Shown here one piece after another: positions 9,762-21,083 of a DNA stretch of 64,000 nt. The notes under the pieces are model-generated. The model saw nothing but the letters and a program-made list of their open reading frames with translations. It was not told where the DNA came from and searched no databases. Positions within the stretch are counted from its first letter, which is position 1, and the number at the start of each line of letters is the position of its first letter. The position numbers and the translations under genes are program-made. Source of the DNA: Nemertoderma westbladi (Eukaryota > Animalia > Xenacoelomorpha); assembly GCA_032718475.1 (NCBI GenBank), contig JAUCBJ010006914.1, positions 7,886 through 71,885 of the forward strand, in the 5' to 3' direction.

Positions 9762-11287
9762 AATAATATTTTATTTTATTCTTTATTGCAGGCATTGCCC
9801 ATAGTAAAATTGCTAAATAGTATACAGTAAATAGCACAGAAGTATAAATATAGTGATACACAGATATACATATATATTATATACCAGTATTGAATAACTA
9901 TTTATTTAAGAATAAAATTAATATAGATATGCACTATTATCGAAAGTTTCGCGGATTCTAGAACAACAGTAGGTGACGTTATAAACTGAATTAACGACAG
10001 TGTTTATTGAACAATAAATCCTATTAAAGAGACTATTTACACTACGAAATCTAATATGTACGAAACACGGTAAATTATGTTCTCTAAAAAATTGTGACAT
10101 GCTGTTAGAGACCTGTGCACTAGAAAGTCGGGGAATCTTAAATAGTATTCGAGCTGCGTTGTTGTAGGCAACTCTAACGCGGTTATATACAAAAGATGAG
10201 TAATTCCGTTTCGCCCACAGAGCATTGCAATACAGAGGTGTGAGGAACGCACGGAATAAACAACATTTGACCGATACAGAACAGGCACTAAATTTACGAA
10301 TTAATAAATTAGCACGTGCATAAATGCTCCTCATAGTTTTCTTGATATCATAATCATCATCGCGAGTGCGATGTATTATGTATCCCAGATATTTAAACAT
10401 ATCAGATTCAATTATTCATTTACCATTTAGAAAGACTGGAGCCATACCAACAATTCCAGTACGCTTAGAAGCAAAATACATAAACTTTTGTCTTTTTTAG
10501 ATTGAAGAGGATGCCATGTTTCGAGGCAAAAACTTCGCAGATATCAAGCAAGCTTTGCAAACCAATAACGGAATTAGAAAGCAGATTTAGGTCATCAGCA
10601 TACATCAAATGATTGACCCTCTTGCCATCCAATGCAGAACCGAAACCGGCCTTGGATAGCAAGACGGACAAATCATCCATATAAACATTGAATAAATATG
10701 CAGAGAGCACTCCGCCCTGTTTTACACCATTAGACACTGTAAAAGGAGTAGAAAATGATGACCCCCATTTAACACGTATTGATTGACTAGAGTACCAATA
10801 TGCTATCATACGCACAATGTATAGTGGCACATTACGCTTTATCAGCTTCTGGTACAATGTACTGTGCACATTGCACAATTCGATCAAAAGCCTTAGAGGC
10901 ATCCATAAAGCAAACATAAACTGATGAATCGTTGTACAACTAGTAGTCTATTATATCTAATAGAGTGTACCTACACAATTCAGTTCCACTACAACGTTTG
11001 TACGCGAATTGATTGTCGGTCGTTATCAAATATGATTCTATTCTAGAAAGAGCTACATATTCAAACACTTTACTAATCATTGTCGCTATAGCAATACCCC
11101 TATAATTTGACTTGTCGTCAATGGGACCATTCTTATCCTTAATGATTGGAATAATAAAACAGTCAAGGATGGCATTGGGCATGTAACCATGAGTAAGCAT
11201 AGATGTGAATAATGACGCCAATAGATTATTCAGGTTGTCACTTTTACTGTGAAATAAGTGTTGTGGGGCAATTCCATCTGGCCCCAT
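9762..11287 (-). pseudogene. Decayed LINE ORF2 (RT) 3' part and 3' UTR; clade unresolved
   Basis: GPDGI, PIIKDKNG..SNYRGI, QFAYK, GVKQGGVLS.YLFNVYMDDL, LMYADDL, FKYLG in ORFs 10940-11287, 10465-10917, 9918-10400; frameshifted; AATAAA-rich tail at ~9765-9790. Confidence 0.85.
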
Positions 11288-12365
11288 TGTAAAAGCTTTT
11301 GCGGAATTAGCTAGTCATTTTCCCCGCAAAGTACTCGGTAGGTGTTTTAGCGGACATAAAAAGCCATTTCCTTACTGTACCGGTGTTTTAGTGGACATAA
11401 AAAGCCATTTCTTCTGTAGGTGTACTTTAGCGGACATAACTAGCGATTTTATGTCGCAATAAGCCAAAATACTCTTGATACAGTGCAGTTCAGATGACGA
11501 CATCTATCAGCTGATATGTCCACGTCAGTGTGTATTTTTCCTAAGCCTAGAACACCGGCTGTGGAATTATTCTGTGTTTGAGACTTTAGCCAAACATTAG
11601 AACAGTTTTGATCATAGAAACGTATAACTGTTATTCTGCCAAACTGGCATACAGCCCATATCATACCATACATACCTTTCACCGCATTATTTTACTGCTA
11701 TTTACTGTCGGTTATTAATTGTACCAGTTGATGGAATATTGTTATATTTGGAGAATATCGATAAATAATCGTAAAACCCCAATCTTCTTGATATACTGAA
11801 GGTGAGAGACCGGTTACATATAGCAATTGCGACTTACATTATATTGGTTTTGGAGTGAATTTAATGCTATTTCATAGGCCCTACATGTGTCGGTTGCTGT
11901 TCTCTTTATATGTGACTAAAATTAGTGAAGGTCGGCAGAGATCGGTGTGCAGCATTGTGCGGTAGTGTGCATGAGTTTGATAGATAACAAAGCATCTCCT
12001 AAAGAATGCACTTTATACGTGAATCAATAGCCATCCTGTTGTGTTTAGTGTAAGTCATAACTCTGTTTACATACTTAGAGCGCCACGTCCAAAAGGAACT
12101 GTTGATATTTCCCGAAAGTGAATAATATTTGTCAGAGATTATATATTAACGATCAATCGAATAATTCAGTAGGCCTACACAGCAATAAGGTCAGAGCTTC
12201 CGAATCCAGTCTCCCGGGTAAATCCAGCGGGTGAATGGTCGTGCATAGGCTGGCTTTGGCTAATGTAGTGTATCAAATACTTGTCATAGGCTAAAGTCGA
12301 ATTATAACCTAGAAGACACCTAAATTTGGCAGGTTAAACTGCTAAAAGGTCTAAAAGCGCGAACA
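11288..12365 (+). repeat. 5' LTR of A1 (1078 bp; 83-bp deletion relative to the 3' LTR)
   Basis: TGTAAAAGC...AAAGCGCGAACA; near-identical to 22647-23804. Confidence 0.95.
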
Positions 12366-12377
12366 ATAACAGTTATA
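12366..12377 (+). promoter_or_regulatory. Non-tRNA primer-binding site of A1, complementary to LTR site 11623-11634
   Basis: ATAACAGTTATA is the reverse complement of TATAACTGTTAT; no TGG after the LTR. Confidence 0.75.
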
Positions 12378-14357
12378 TCTTCTGATTGCAGTGTAGGCAA
12401 TAAATACAGTTTAATATTGTTCTGGTAAGAACAATAACAGTTGTAAAGTACCGGTCGACCGGTAACCAGTAGGCCTGACTGCCTAACCACCCGAACCGGT
12501 ACTTACAGCAGTACAGGTACAGCAGTATTATTCGATTTTGATAATTATATACCAGTAGGTCTTAATATTTAATCGGGGACGCCTGGTTTTTATTGGGATT
12601 TTACTTAGGCCTATTTCTGTCAGTTTTATTTATTTGAAAGTTAATATTGAACAGAAGGCGTGTAAGCCTGCTCAGATTGTACAGATAATTTGTAGGCTGG
12701 ATTGTTGTCTGGCTGTTGTTAAGTCTGAAGAGATTGCAGTGTGTGTAGAGTGTATGTCCGATAAAGTACTAGTTAGGAACGTAGGGGCTTCCAGAGCTGT
12801 AAGGTAAATCCCCCCCCCCCCCCCCCCCCCGAAAGAATAAGTTGTACTACTCGGTTAGAACGCATACTAACTAACCATTTCGGAGTCTGCATATACTGTA
12901 GTTTATTTAGGCTTGATAGTAGTCTGCCAGCATTTGGTTTGTATTTTGTTTGTGTAGTCTGTACGGGTAGCGTAATATTTATTATTCAGAGTTTATGCGA
13001 TTATTCGCAACATTCACAAACCCCAAGTTTATTCCTACAGTAATTGTGCTTGTTATACATACCTAACGGTATGTATAACAAGCACAATTAAGCGCAGTTA
13101 AATTAACCCCGGTACTACATCAGGGCTGTTTGGCGTAGGTAAAGACTAGAGATTTTATGCTTTGGTCACTCTGGCAGATACCGTGGTTCTTTTAGCTGTA
13201 CAAGTATTTTTTAACTGCTGGTTATTTGTTGTATAAGTACTTGTACCTAATTTAGGGTTTAGTGTACAGTGCTTTCCGAAGGTAATTAGCGTGTAAGCAG
13301 TATATTTGTGTTGTAAAGTGGTTAATAGGCACGTTGGCTCTGGTAGGCCGCGGTAATTAACTTCTAGGTAGGAACACTCCGTGATACATAACGTAGTACT
13401 TATAGTGCTATGGCTATAAGTCATCAGACGGTGGTATTTTTCCTATCTGGACAACGCAATATATTTACTACTGCTTTATTATTTTCAAATACCGTATTAT
13501 CCTGTCCGTTTGTAATAACCAGATTTTCTAACCCTTTGTTAGGCTGGTTTGTAGACTTCTTGTAAAATTACCCTAAAAATTCGTACGTGTAATTTTTGTG
13601 TTTATTATTAGAGATTGTAATCTCACCCCGCAATTGTACATAATTTGTAGTAATAAGTAACTTAGGCAAGTAGAATTATTTGTTTTAGTGTCCAACAAGT
13701 AGCACTCCACTGAAAGCCTACAGCTTCTGTGTAGTGACTCCTTCCCAGAAATAATAAAATTTATTTCAAATATTGTAAAAAAACCCATTAAACGGGTATA
13801 TATATTATAAATCAACTCAAACCGATTTATAAAATAGTAGGCCTGTCATACAACAATTAGGTCTTAATATCAGTTGGACTACTGCTTAAATAATGGTAAT
13901 AAAGTAAAGTAAAGTAACCAAGTAACCCCTTAAATTCAGAAATTCAATTATTCTAAAATAATTGACATACCGGTATTTACAATAGGCTTATTATATTTAT
14001 TTCTATAAATTTAAGCTGAAATTATATACCGGTATTCTGTAATTAATTCTAGTCTATAATTATACTTATATATACATTATAAGTGTAAGCTGTATACCGG
14101 TATTCACGATAGGCTTATTATATATTTCTATATATTTGTGCTGAAATTATATACCGGTATTCTGTGACAAATCTAGTCTGTAATAATACTTATATATACT
14201 ATAAGTGTATACCGGTATTCTAATATATTGTGTATATATATCACGTTACACTGAGTAACGATATCGGTAATTAATTACTAGGCTAACAGTTGATACTGAA
14301 TTACTAGACTTGCTTTAACAGTAATATAGCAGTAGGCATTCAACTGTACAAACAAAC

Positions 14358-17300
14358 ATGTCTGACACAAAGCAAAACCTGTCAGACAGTCTCCTAGATA
14401 CAAGCATCTGTGACCCAGACAGGAGTGTGGAACGTGTGAGACTGAAGTTCAACTCACCTCCTACTGTGAGAAAGATCATCCCTCCAGTAGTGGTATCAGA
14501 CCCTAGATAGTCCAACACCGTAGGTCTATCATAGGCACTCGGGCTCAAGTCAAGCAGGACCAAGAAGCAGCTGTTAAACAGCAGCAACACTCGAGCCGAG
14601 AACTTATTTCTCAGTGGCCCGACAGCTCCAGTAGTTCGGATACTGTAGAGCTGACACCCGAGCGCGGAGCAAAGATGGCAGATGCAGTTTATTCGGATCC
14701 CCTTCTCATCCTTCCTGCAGCCGTACTCACTAGGGTATTGATTGCGGTGGAGGAACACCAAATTGATTGGGCGAGAAGTAAGCGATCGACCAAGGATAGT
14801 TATGCAGGATACACAAGGGAGGAACTGAAGTCTATTGTCGAGTCGCAATGGAACTTCCCCGGACCCGGACTCCCGTTTGACTTATCGGAAGCTGCCTGGG
14901 AAGACATACACAGGATGGGAGTGACGAAAGACACTAGTGATCCAGCTGTGTGGAAGAGGTCGGCAGCAGGATATGTACAGGGATTCTTCAGCTCTTTGGA
15001 GCGATTAGAAGAACAACTGTTTCGACAACCCCAAGGACCTCAAGAGTAGGGAGAGCTGCTTTATCAAGTTCGAGAAAGAATTCTAAGGATCAGACTAATC
15101 CTATCGGCCTTTGAGGAAGCTTCGAAAAGAAGACAAGACACGTCGTTGCAAGTTGCCGTAAAGACTTGGTTCCAGCGGGTGAGTCTCAAGGTTCAAGGAA
15201 CGGCCCAGTGGAAATTTCAGCTGGCTGAGCGCTCAACCCACAGAGAATCAACAGACGCTACCTTTTCTCAAGTGGAAAGCGAAGCGATAGCGGAGAAACC
15301 GCAGCAGAGGGACGCTATTGACATCTATCTGTCAGACTATCAACGATTCCTAGGTGACAAAGAGTTGAGGAGACGGCTGTCTGGACTTCGCCCTAATAGT
15401 GACGGAGCCAAGCTTGTGTTGGACGCAATAGATGCGGAAATGTTAGCTGCGAACCAAGCTAAATTTGATTAAAGCAGCCGCATCGCTAGGGTCCAAGAAG
15501 AACAAGTAAAGAAAAAACGTATAGAAGACAGAAAGACAGCAGCAGCAGCGGCAATGGCAGCGGCAGAAGCGGAAAGAAAGGTGGCAGAGGCAGTGGCAGA
15601 GGCAAAAGCGGCAGCTGCAGCAGTAGAAGCGGAAAGAAAAGCAGCAGCGGCAGAGGCAAAAGTGGCAGCGGCAGAGGCAAAAGCGGCAGCTGCAGCAGTA
15701 GAAGCGGAAAGAAAAGCGGCAGCGGCAGAAGCGGAAAGGAAGATAGCAGGGGCAGAAGCAGAACGAAGAGCATCTGAAGAGACCACCCAACTAGAGTTGG
15801 AAAATCTGCAAGAGAAGCAAGACTACATAGATAAACAGAGAACAGCTACTCAGTGGCAGCTGATAATTCGATCCACCCCCAAGCAACATGGCTTTACATC
15901 ATCGGATGAAGGCGATACAACAGATCCTGAAGGCGGAGGAAATAGATCTCGTCTCAGCAGGCGTAGAAGAATGCCCCACCGTCAGAAATTGCCTGATTTG
16001 CCCCCAGCTGTGAGAAGGCAACTAGCTAGCACAGACTTAGGTAGTACAGAACCCACAGACCAATTATTGTAGAAAGTCTCCCTACTATAGTAGATGAACC
16101 TGAAATAATTAGGCCTGTTCTCGAAGCCACCCCTTCGGTGATAGAGACACCTGTACTCCCAGAACCTACCTCTAAATTCCCTTTGCACAGCACTAAACTA
16201 CCTGTGCCCAGCAGAACCGCCCCTGAGACAGTTCCTGTCCTGGACTCCAAGCGAAATATCAACGATTTGTCGCCCGTGGTCCCTCGCCTGCCCGCTACTA
16301 TGTTGGCGGCTCCCGCTTCGGCGGTCGAGTGGGTGGATGAGGGGCGGCGGGGGATGAATCTCCTGCTCGGGCAGATGCAGGAGACTGTTCATCAGTTTAA
16401 GGGAACTGTAAGGGAAAGTAGGTTAGAGTTGCAAGAAGTGCAGCAGAGTATCGCGTTAGAACGCGATAAATTAGTAAATACACAAAAGGGTATACCACCA
16501 CCCCCTGTAACAATGTGTCAACCTGTTAGGTCTGAAGTATTTCATGCGCAAGGTGTGGAGCCTACACGCATCTATACTGCTAGTGAAGTGGAAACTCCTA
16601 TAGTAAACCCTATTAAGGGTAATTCTAAACCTGTTGACAATGATATTCCATAGACCATAGACCCCATAGACCTCCATAGACCTGATCATAATCCGAGAAA
16701 TTTATATACCGATAACTCGATATTAAATAACACGATGGCCCAAGAAAGTTTTACGCGTCAAATGGCTAGAACCGAAGCCCGTCAAGCGGTAAAGGTGGGA
16801 GAGATCGTCAAGTTCAATGGAGATGAGATGAAATGGTTACCTTTTAATGAATATTACAAAGATAACATACAGAACTCTGTGCTATCTAACGGAGAGAAAC
16901 TTAGATTCCTCATCGAGTGCTTGGAAGGATCTCCCAAGTTAATGGCGTTAAAGTTTATTGGACATCCAGATGGATTAAGACAAGTTTGGGATACACTGAA
17001 CATCAGGTATGGTAATAGGTAATAGCTAGGTATTTATATGCGAAATTAATGGCGCCCCGAAAGTTTCTTAGCAGCGGGATTATAGAGTTTTCCAACGAGA
17101 TTCAGGAGATCTGTAGACAACTAGATTGGTTAGGTAAGTCTCATGAATACTAGAATTCTATGGTTGTAGGAGCCTTAGCATCTACTTTGCCCAAGGGCGG
17201 AGTAGGTACACGCTGGGACAAGAAAGTGTTATATATGATGGAACAACAACGAAGAGATCCTACCATGGCTGATCTCATGTCATTCTTAGATGGAGAGGTA

Positions 17301-18735
17301 AAATTACAGCTCCTAAAGCAGTCCAGAGAGAAGACACCGGAAAATAAGGTAAGTGAGAAACCCGTTTCTAGGAGAAAGGTAATACCAGTGTGTTATACAG
17401 ACGACGGTGAAAGCCAGGCTTCTCAAGAGGAAGACAGTGGGAAAGACACTGAAAGATCTTACTATGACAACAAAGCGCCTAAGGACGTAAGTAAATTCAA
17501 GTCTCGAACCAATGACAGGAGAGAACAGGTAAGAAAAACTCCTCCTACGACTCCTAAGAGAATTGATGGAAGAAAGCCCGAGGAAAGAACGAGTGTGCAC
17601 AACGTTATCCAAAGTAAGGTAAGTAACATCAAACCAAAATGTGTGTTGTGCGATGGGCCCCACCGTTTAAGTGCGTGTGATGAATTCCTGAGGAAATCAT
17701 TAAAAGATAGACGTGAACTCATGTGGGATAAGCGGTTGTGTTATAATTGCCTCAGACGAGGACACCAACGACGAACCTGTTACTCCGACACAAGGTGTGC
17801 TAAGTGCGGCGCAAAACATCATATCTTGTTGCACACTGAATTCGAAAGAAACAGCCCGAGTCAGGTAAGTGAGTCCGAACTACATGTCCAATTCAGTGAT
17901 GTGAACGACACTGATCAAAGTTCTGAGATGGAAGGATTCTATACTGATAAATTCTCCGACGAAAACGAATCCTGTTACCTAATAAATACCGCAGTGTATC
18001 GAGCACTTACGTATGAGAAAGAAACCGATAGTGAGCTCCCCCCAACTGCTCCTGACCGACAACCATCTTGGAAAGCACCAACATCCAATGTAGGAATCCG
18101 AGAATTTCCCGTAGTGCAGTTGAGAGTCCACGGGCCTAAAAAGAGTTATATAGTGAACGCCCTCCTTGACTCCGGCAGCACACGAACATTCATCGACAAA
18201 GAACTAGCCGAAGACATCTTTGCTGGACAACCCAAGTTCCGAACTAAGTTGAACCTTGCAGGAATTATGCAGGTTTGGAAATCTACAGTAGTTACAGACT
18301 ACTATGTAGGCGCGTTGTCCACCCCCCAGGATGAACTAGGAGAACACAGTATAAGGTCAGTAAAAATGGTGGTGATAAAGAACTTCGCTACCAGCCAAGT
18401 GGAACCTTATAACTGGGATGAGGACTATTTCACCCAGCAGCATAAGATACCTAGATTCAACACAGACTACCCTGGAGTGCAAATACTCATCGGCCAAAAT
18501 GCGCATGAGGCGCTTGAGACATTGGAGAAACAGCCTGCTCAACCGCAACCACTGCAAACCTATGCGGGAAGAACAAGAGTAGGTTGGTACCTCACTGAAC
18601 CTTCCCGTAGGACACTCTTGGAAAGGCTACCCAAAGATCGGGTCCATAAGAAGAGAGTGAATGGGAAGAAGACATCAGTGAGGGAGACGACCCAACTGAG
18701 GGAACACCATACTCCTCAGATAATGGCGATATTAA
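14358..18735 (+). pseudogene. A1 gag-protease (BEL/Pao), multiple stops and frameshifts
   Basis: ATG MSDTKQNL; Ala/Glu/Lys repeat; KFNGD..KW..F capsid-like region; CVLC..PHRL..C, CYNC..GH..C, C..C..HH.LLH knuckles; protease ALLDSGS. Confidence 0.9.
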
Positions 18736-18740
18736 CTCCA

Positions 18741-19380
18741 ATGTAGATCAATGGAGACATTGCCCCGAGACGATTAATCTAGCCGACATCGCTTCCAGAG
18801 GAGCAACTCCTCAAGAACTGACAGATACTCCAGACAGGTTAGGTGGACCCGACTTCCTAATTAAAGAAGATGAATGGCCTCCCCATCTTACCACGGCTGA
18901 GATTAGACAAGCCAAGGGAGCAGAGAAAGTCAAACCTAAATCCCGGACGAGTAAATCAAGGTTATTAAACCCGTGATAGATCTGTCTGTACAACACATTG
19001 CCAGGGCCAACACTGTGGATCTAAACTCCCCCACCGCGAACAGATCTGTTGTGGAGATCAGAGAGAGAGACTGGAGATCTGGAACACCAGACGTCTCGCA
19101 GGGACCCTCACCTCTCCTGCCGGGAGCGATGGACCACTATAGCTCCTGGAATCGGCTTTGTAAGGCCGTCGTGTATTTGAAGCGATGTTTCTATCGTCAC
19201 TATTCCAGGACGAAGAGGAAACCTGGAATTGTCTTCGAGACACAGCAGCTCAATCGCCCAGTTGGTCGTTTATGTTTACTGGAAAGAGACAGAGAACTCT
19301 CCTGAAACTATGGAAGGCAAGATACTCTTCCCACGACCACCTCCCTAATCCAACCAACATCTAGGGACTCCCCAACGTAA
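18741..19380 (+). pseudogene. A1 pol remnants: RNase H 3' part fused to the integrase C-terminus
   Basis: DQWRHCP..NLADIASRG segment, then at ~19213 jumps from YSRTK to KPGIVFETQQLNRPVGRLCLLE (matches end of A2 integrase). Confidence 0.85.
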
Positions 19381-21083
19381 CAGCGTCTGGAGTGGGTGTG
19401 TGACTATATTATTTTATATAATATGTTCTTATTATTTTATATTTATGTATGTATTATTATGTAATTTTATTCTAATCGTTTTCTTTAATTTTATTTAGTA
19501 GAATGTTATTTTAGCGATTATTTAGTAGATTAGTGCCATATATATATTCGCGTTTATTACTTAATTACTTATATATTATATATTTAGTGCGACGGCGAGA
19601 AATAATTCTTTTTCTCTTTATATTTTTTCTCTATTATAAATACGTGACTACAGTAAGATGAAATATCCGTACTTATTAAAGTACAATAAAGCTCCTACTA
19701 TATTCAAGTATTATTGGTAAGTAGAGTATTAGGAATGCAAAATTCAGATCCTCGTGTCTCGGCTAAACCAAGCTCTGGGTAGACCTTGGAAACGACTTAC
19801 CTCTTCTCACTGACATTGCTTCTTGCGATATTGCTCTCATACAGTATATTAAATAATACATATAGTAGCGTGATGTCCCTTTAACAGTAGCGTAAAACGC
19901 AAAATAAATCTGTTAAACCCTTTGACCATCTGTAATTCTAGTCGATTAAGATATTGCGGCACCCACCAATATACTTGAAAGACAAAATTCTAGAATCAGT
20001 GGTTAATGTCCCCAGACAAGTTCTGGAATAAATTGGTGCCCATCTTAAATATTAACTATTAATATTTGTAAAATCTGTCAAATAAATACAATAGAGTAAC
20101 TATTTACAAGTTAACTCTAGAAAATCTAAAAATTAAAATCTGTAAAATTTAGATCCTTTAAAATTCTAGTCAATTAAGATATCGTAGCACTTACCGATAC
20201 TCTTAAAAGGACAAATTTCCTAGAATCAAGGATCCCAGTCCCCAGATATGTTCTGGAATAAAATTGTGTCTATTTTAATATTAAATAATAAAATTTACAG
20301 GAATAAATTTAAATTCATTTCTTTTAATGAATTTGATAAATTGTCATTTTTATACAATTTATAACATTCCCAAAATTCCATTAATTAATAGATCATGGGA
20401 GCGGATATTCACCCTATTAAGTATATTAGTGTGCGATAATCTCCAATATATAGTCAATAGCCGATAAAATTCATAAAATCATGTATAAAGGGGATATTGA
20501 CAATTAAAGAATTACTATTAAATAGCATCCCAGATCTGTATGCATGAGAATTACCCTAATTCTACCGCTAGCTTTCCATAATGTCACCATGGCAACAACC
20601 ACGCTAGAATTAGAAGTGAGTTAAAAGAACGATAAAGGCTTGCCCCATTGAATAGCATAAGGAATAAATAGCACACTGCTAGTATCCCAGGATACCCAAT
20701 AATAACGTGGCATTCTGGAAGGCACTTGACTAACGGACAAATGGCCCAAATGTGTGCGGTTTGTGACAGTTGTGTGGAATGTGTGCGTTTATAGGTGAAT
20801 GTTACTACTAAAGTGTGTTTACAGTAGCGAGTCCCAATTGTGAAAGTAGCCCTAACTCTCCAGTAAGAACCTGAAGTAAATCTAAGCCTTTGGGACGGAC
20901 GGTGGAGTGACTCGCGCTGGTTGTGGAAGTCGTTGTGCAGCTACTATGTTGGCGATAGCCACATCGGCAAAAGTACACCAGCGCTGAGAATCTTACGCTG
21001 TCCGGGGGCCGAGAGGGGTAGGCAGCGACGCCCGCTAGCCTAATTATAACTAATTATAATATTGATAAACTCATATAGCAGCT

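Noticed and set aside
11560-11660. Self-cleaving ribozyme around the putative self-primer site
   Set aside because: No hammerhead core (CTGANGA...GAAA) or other recognisable ribozyme conserved across A1-A3 by eye; a covariance-model search would be needed
15443-15790. Cys-, Ala- and Leu/Pro-rich ORFs antisense to gag (also 36700-37143, 43632-43968)
   Set aside because: Shadow frames of the low-complexity Gag repeats
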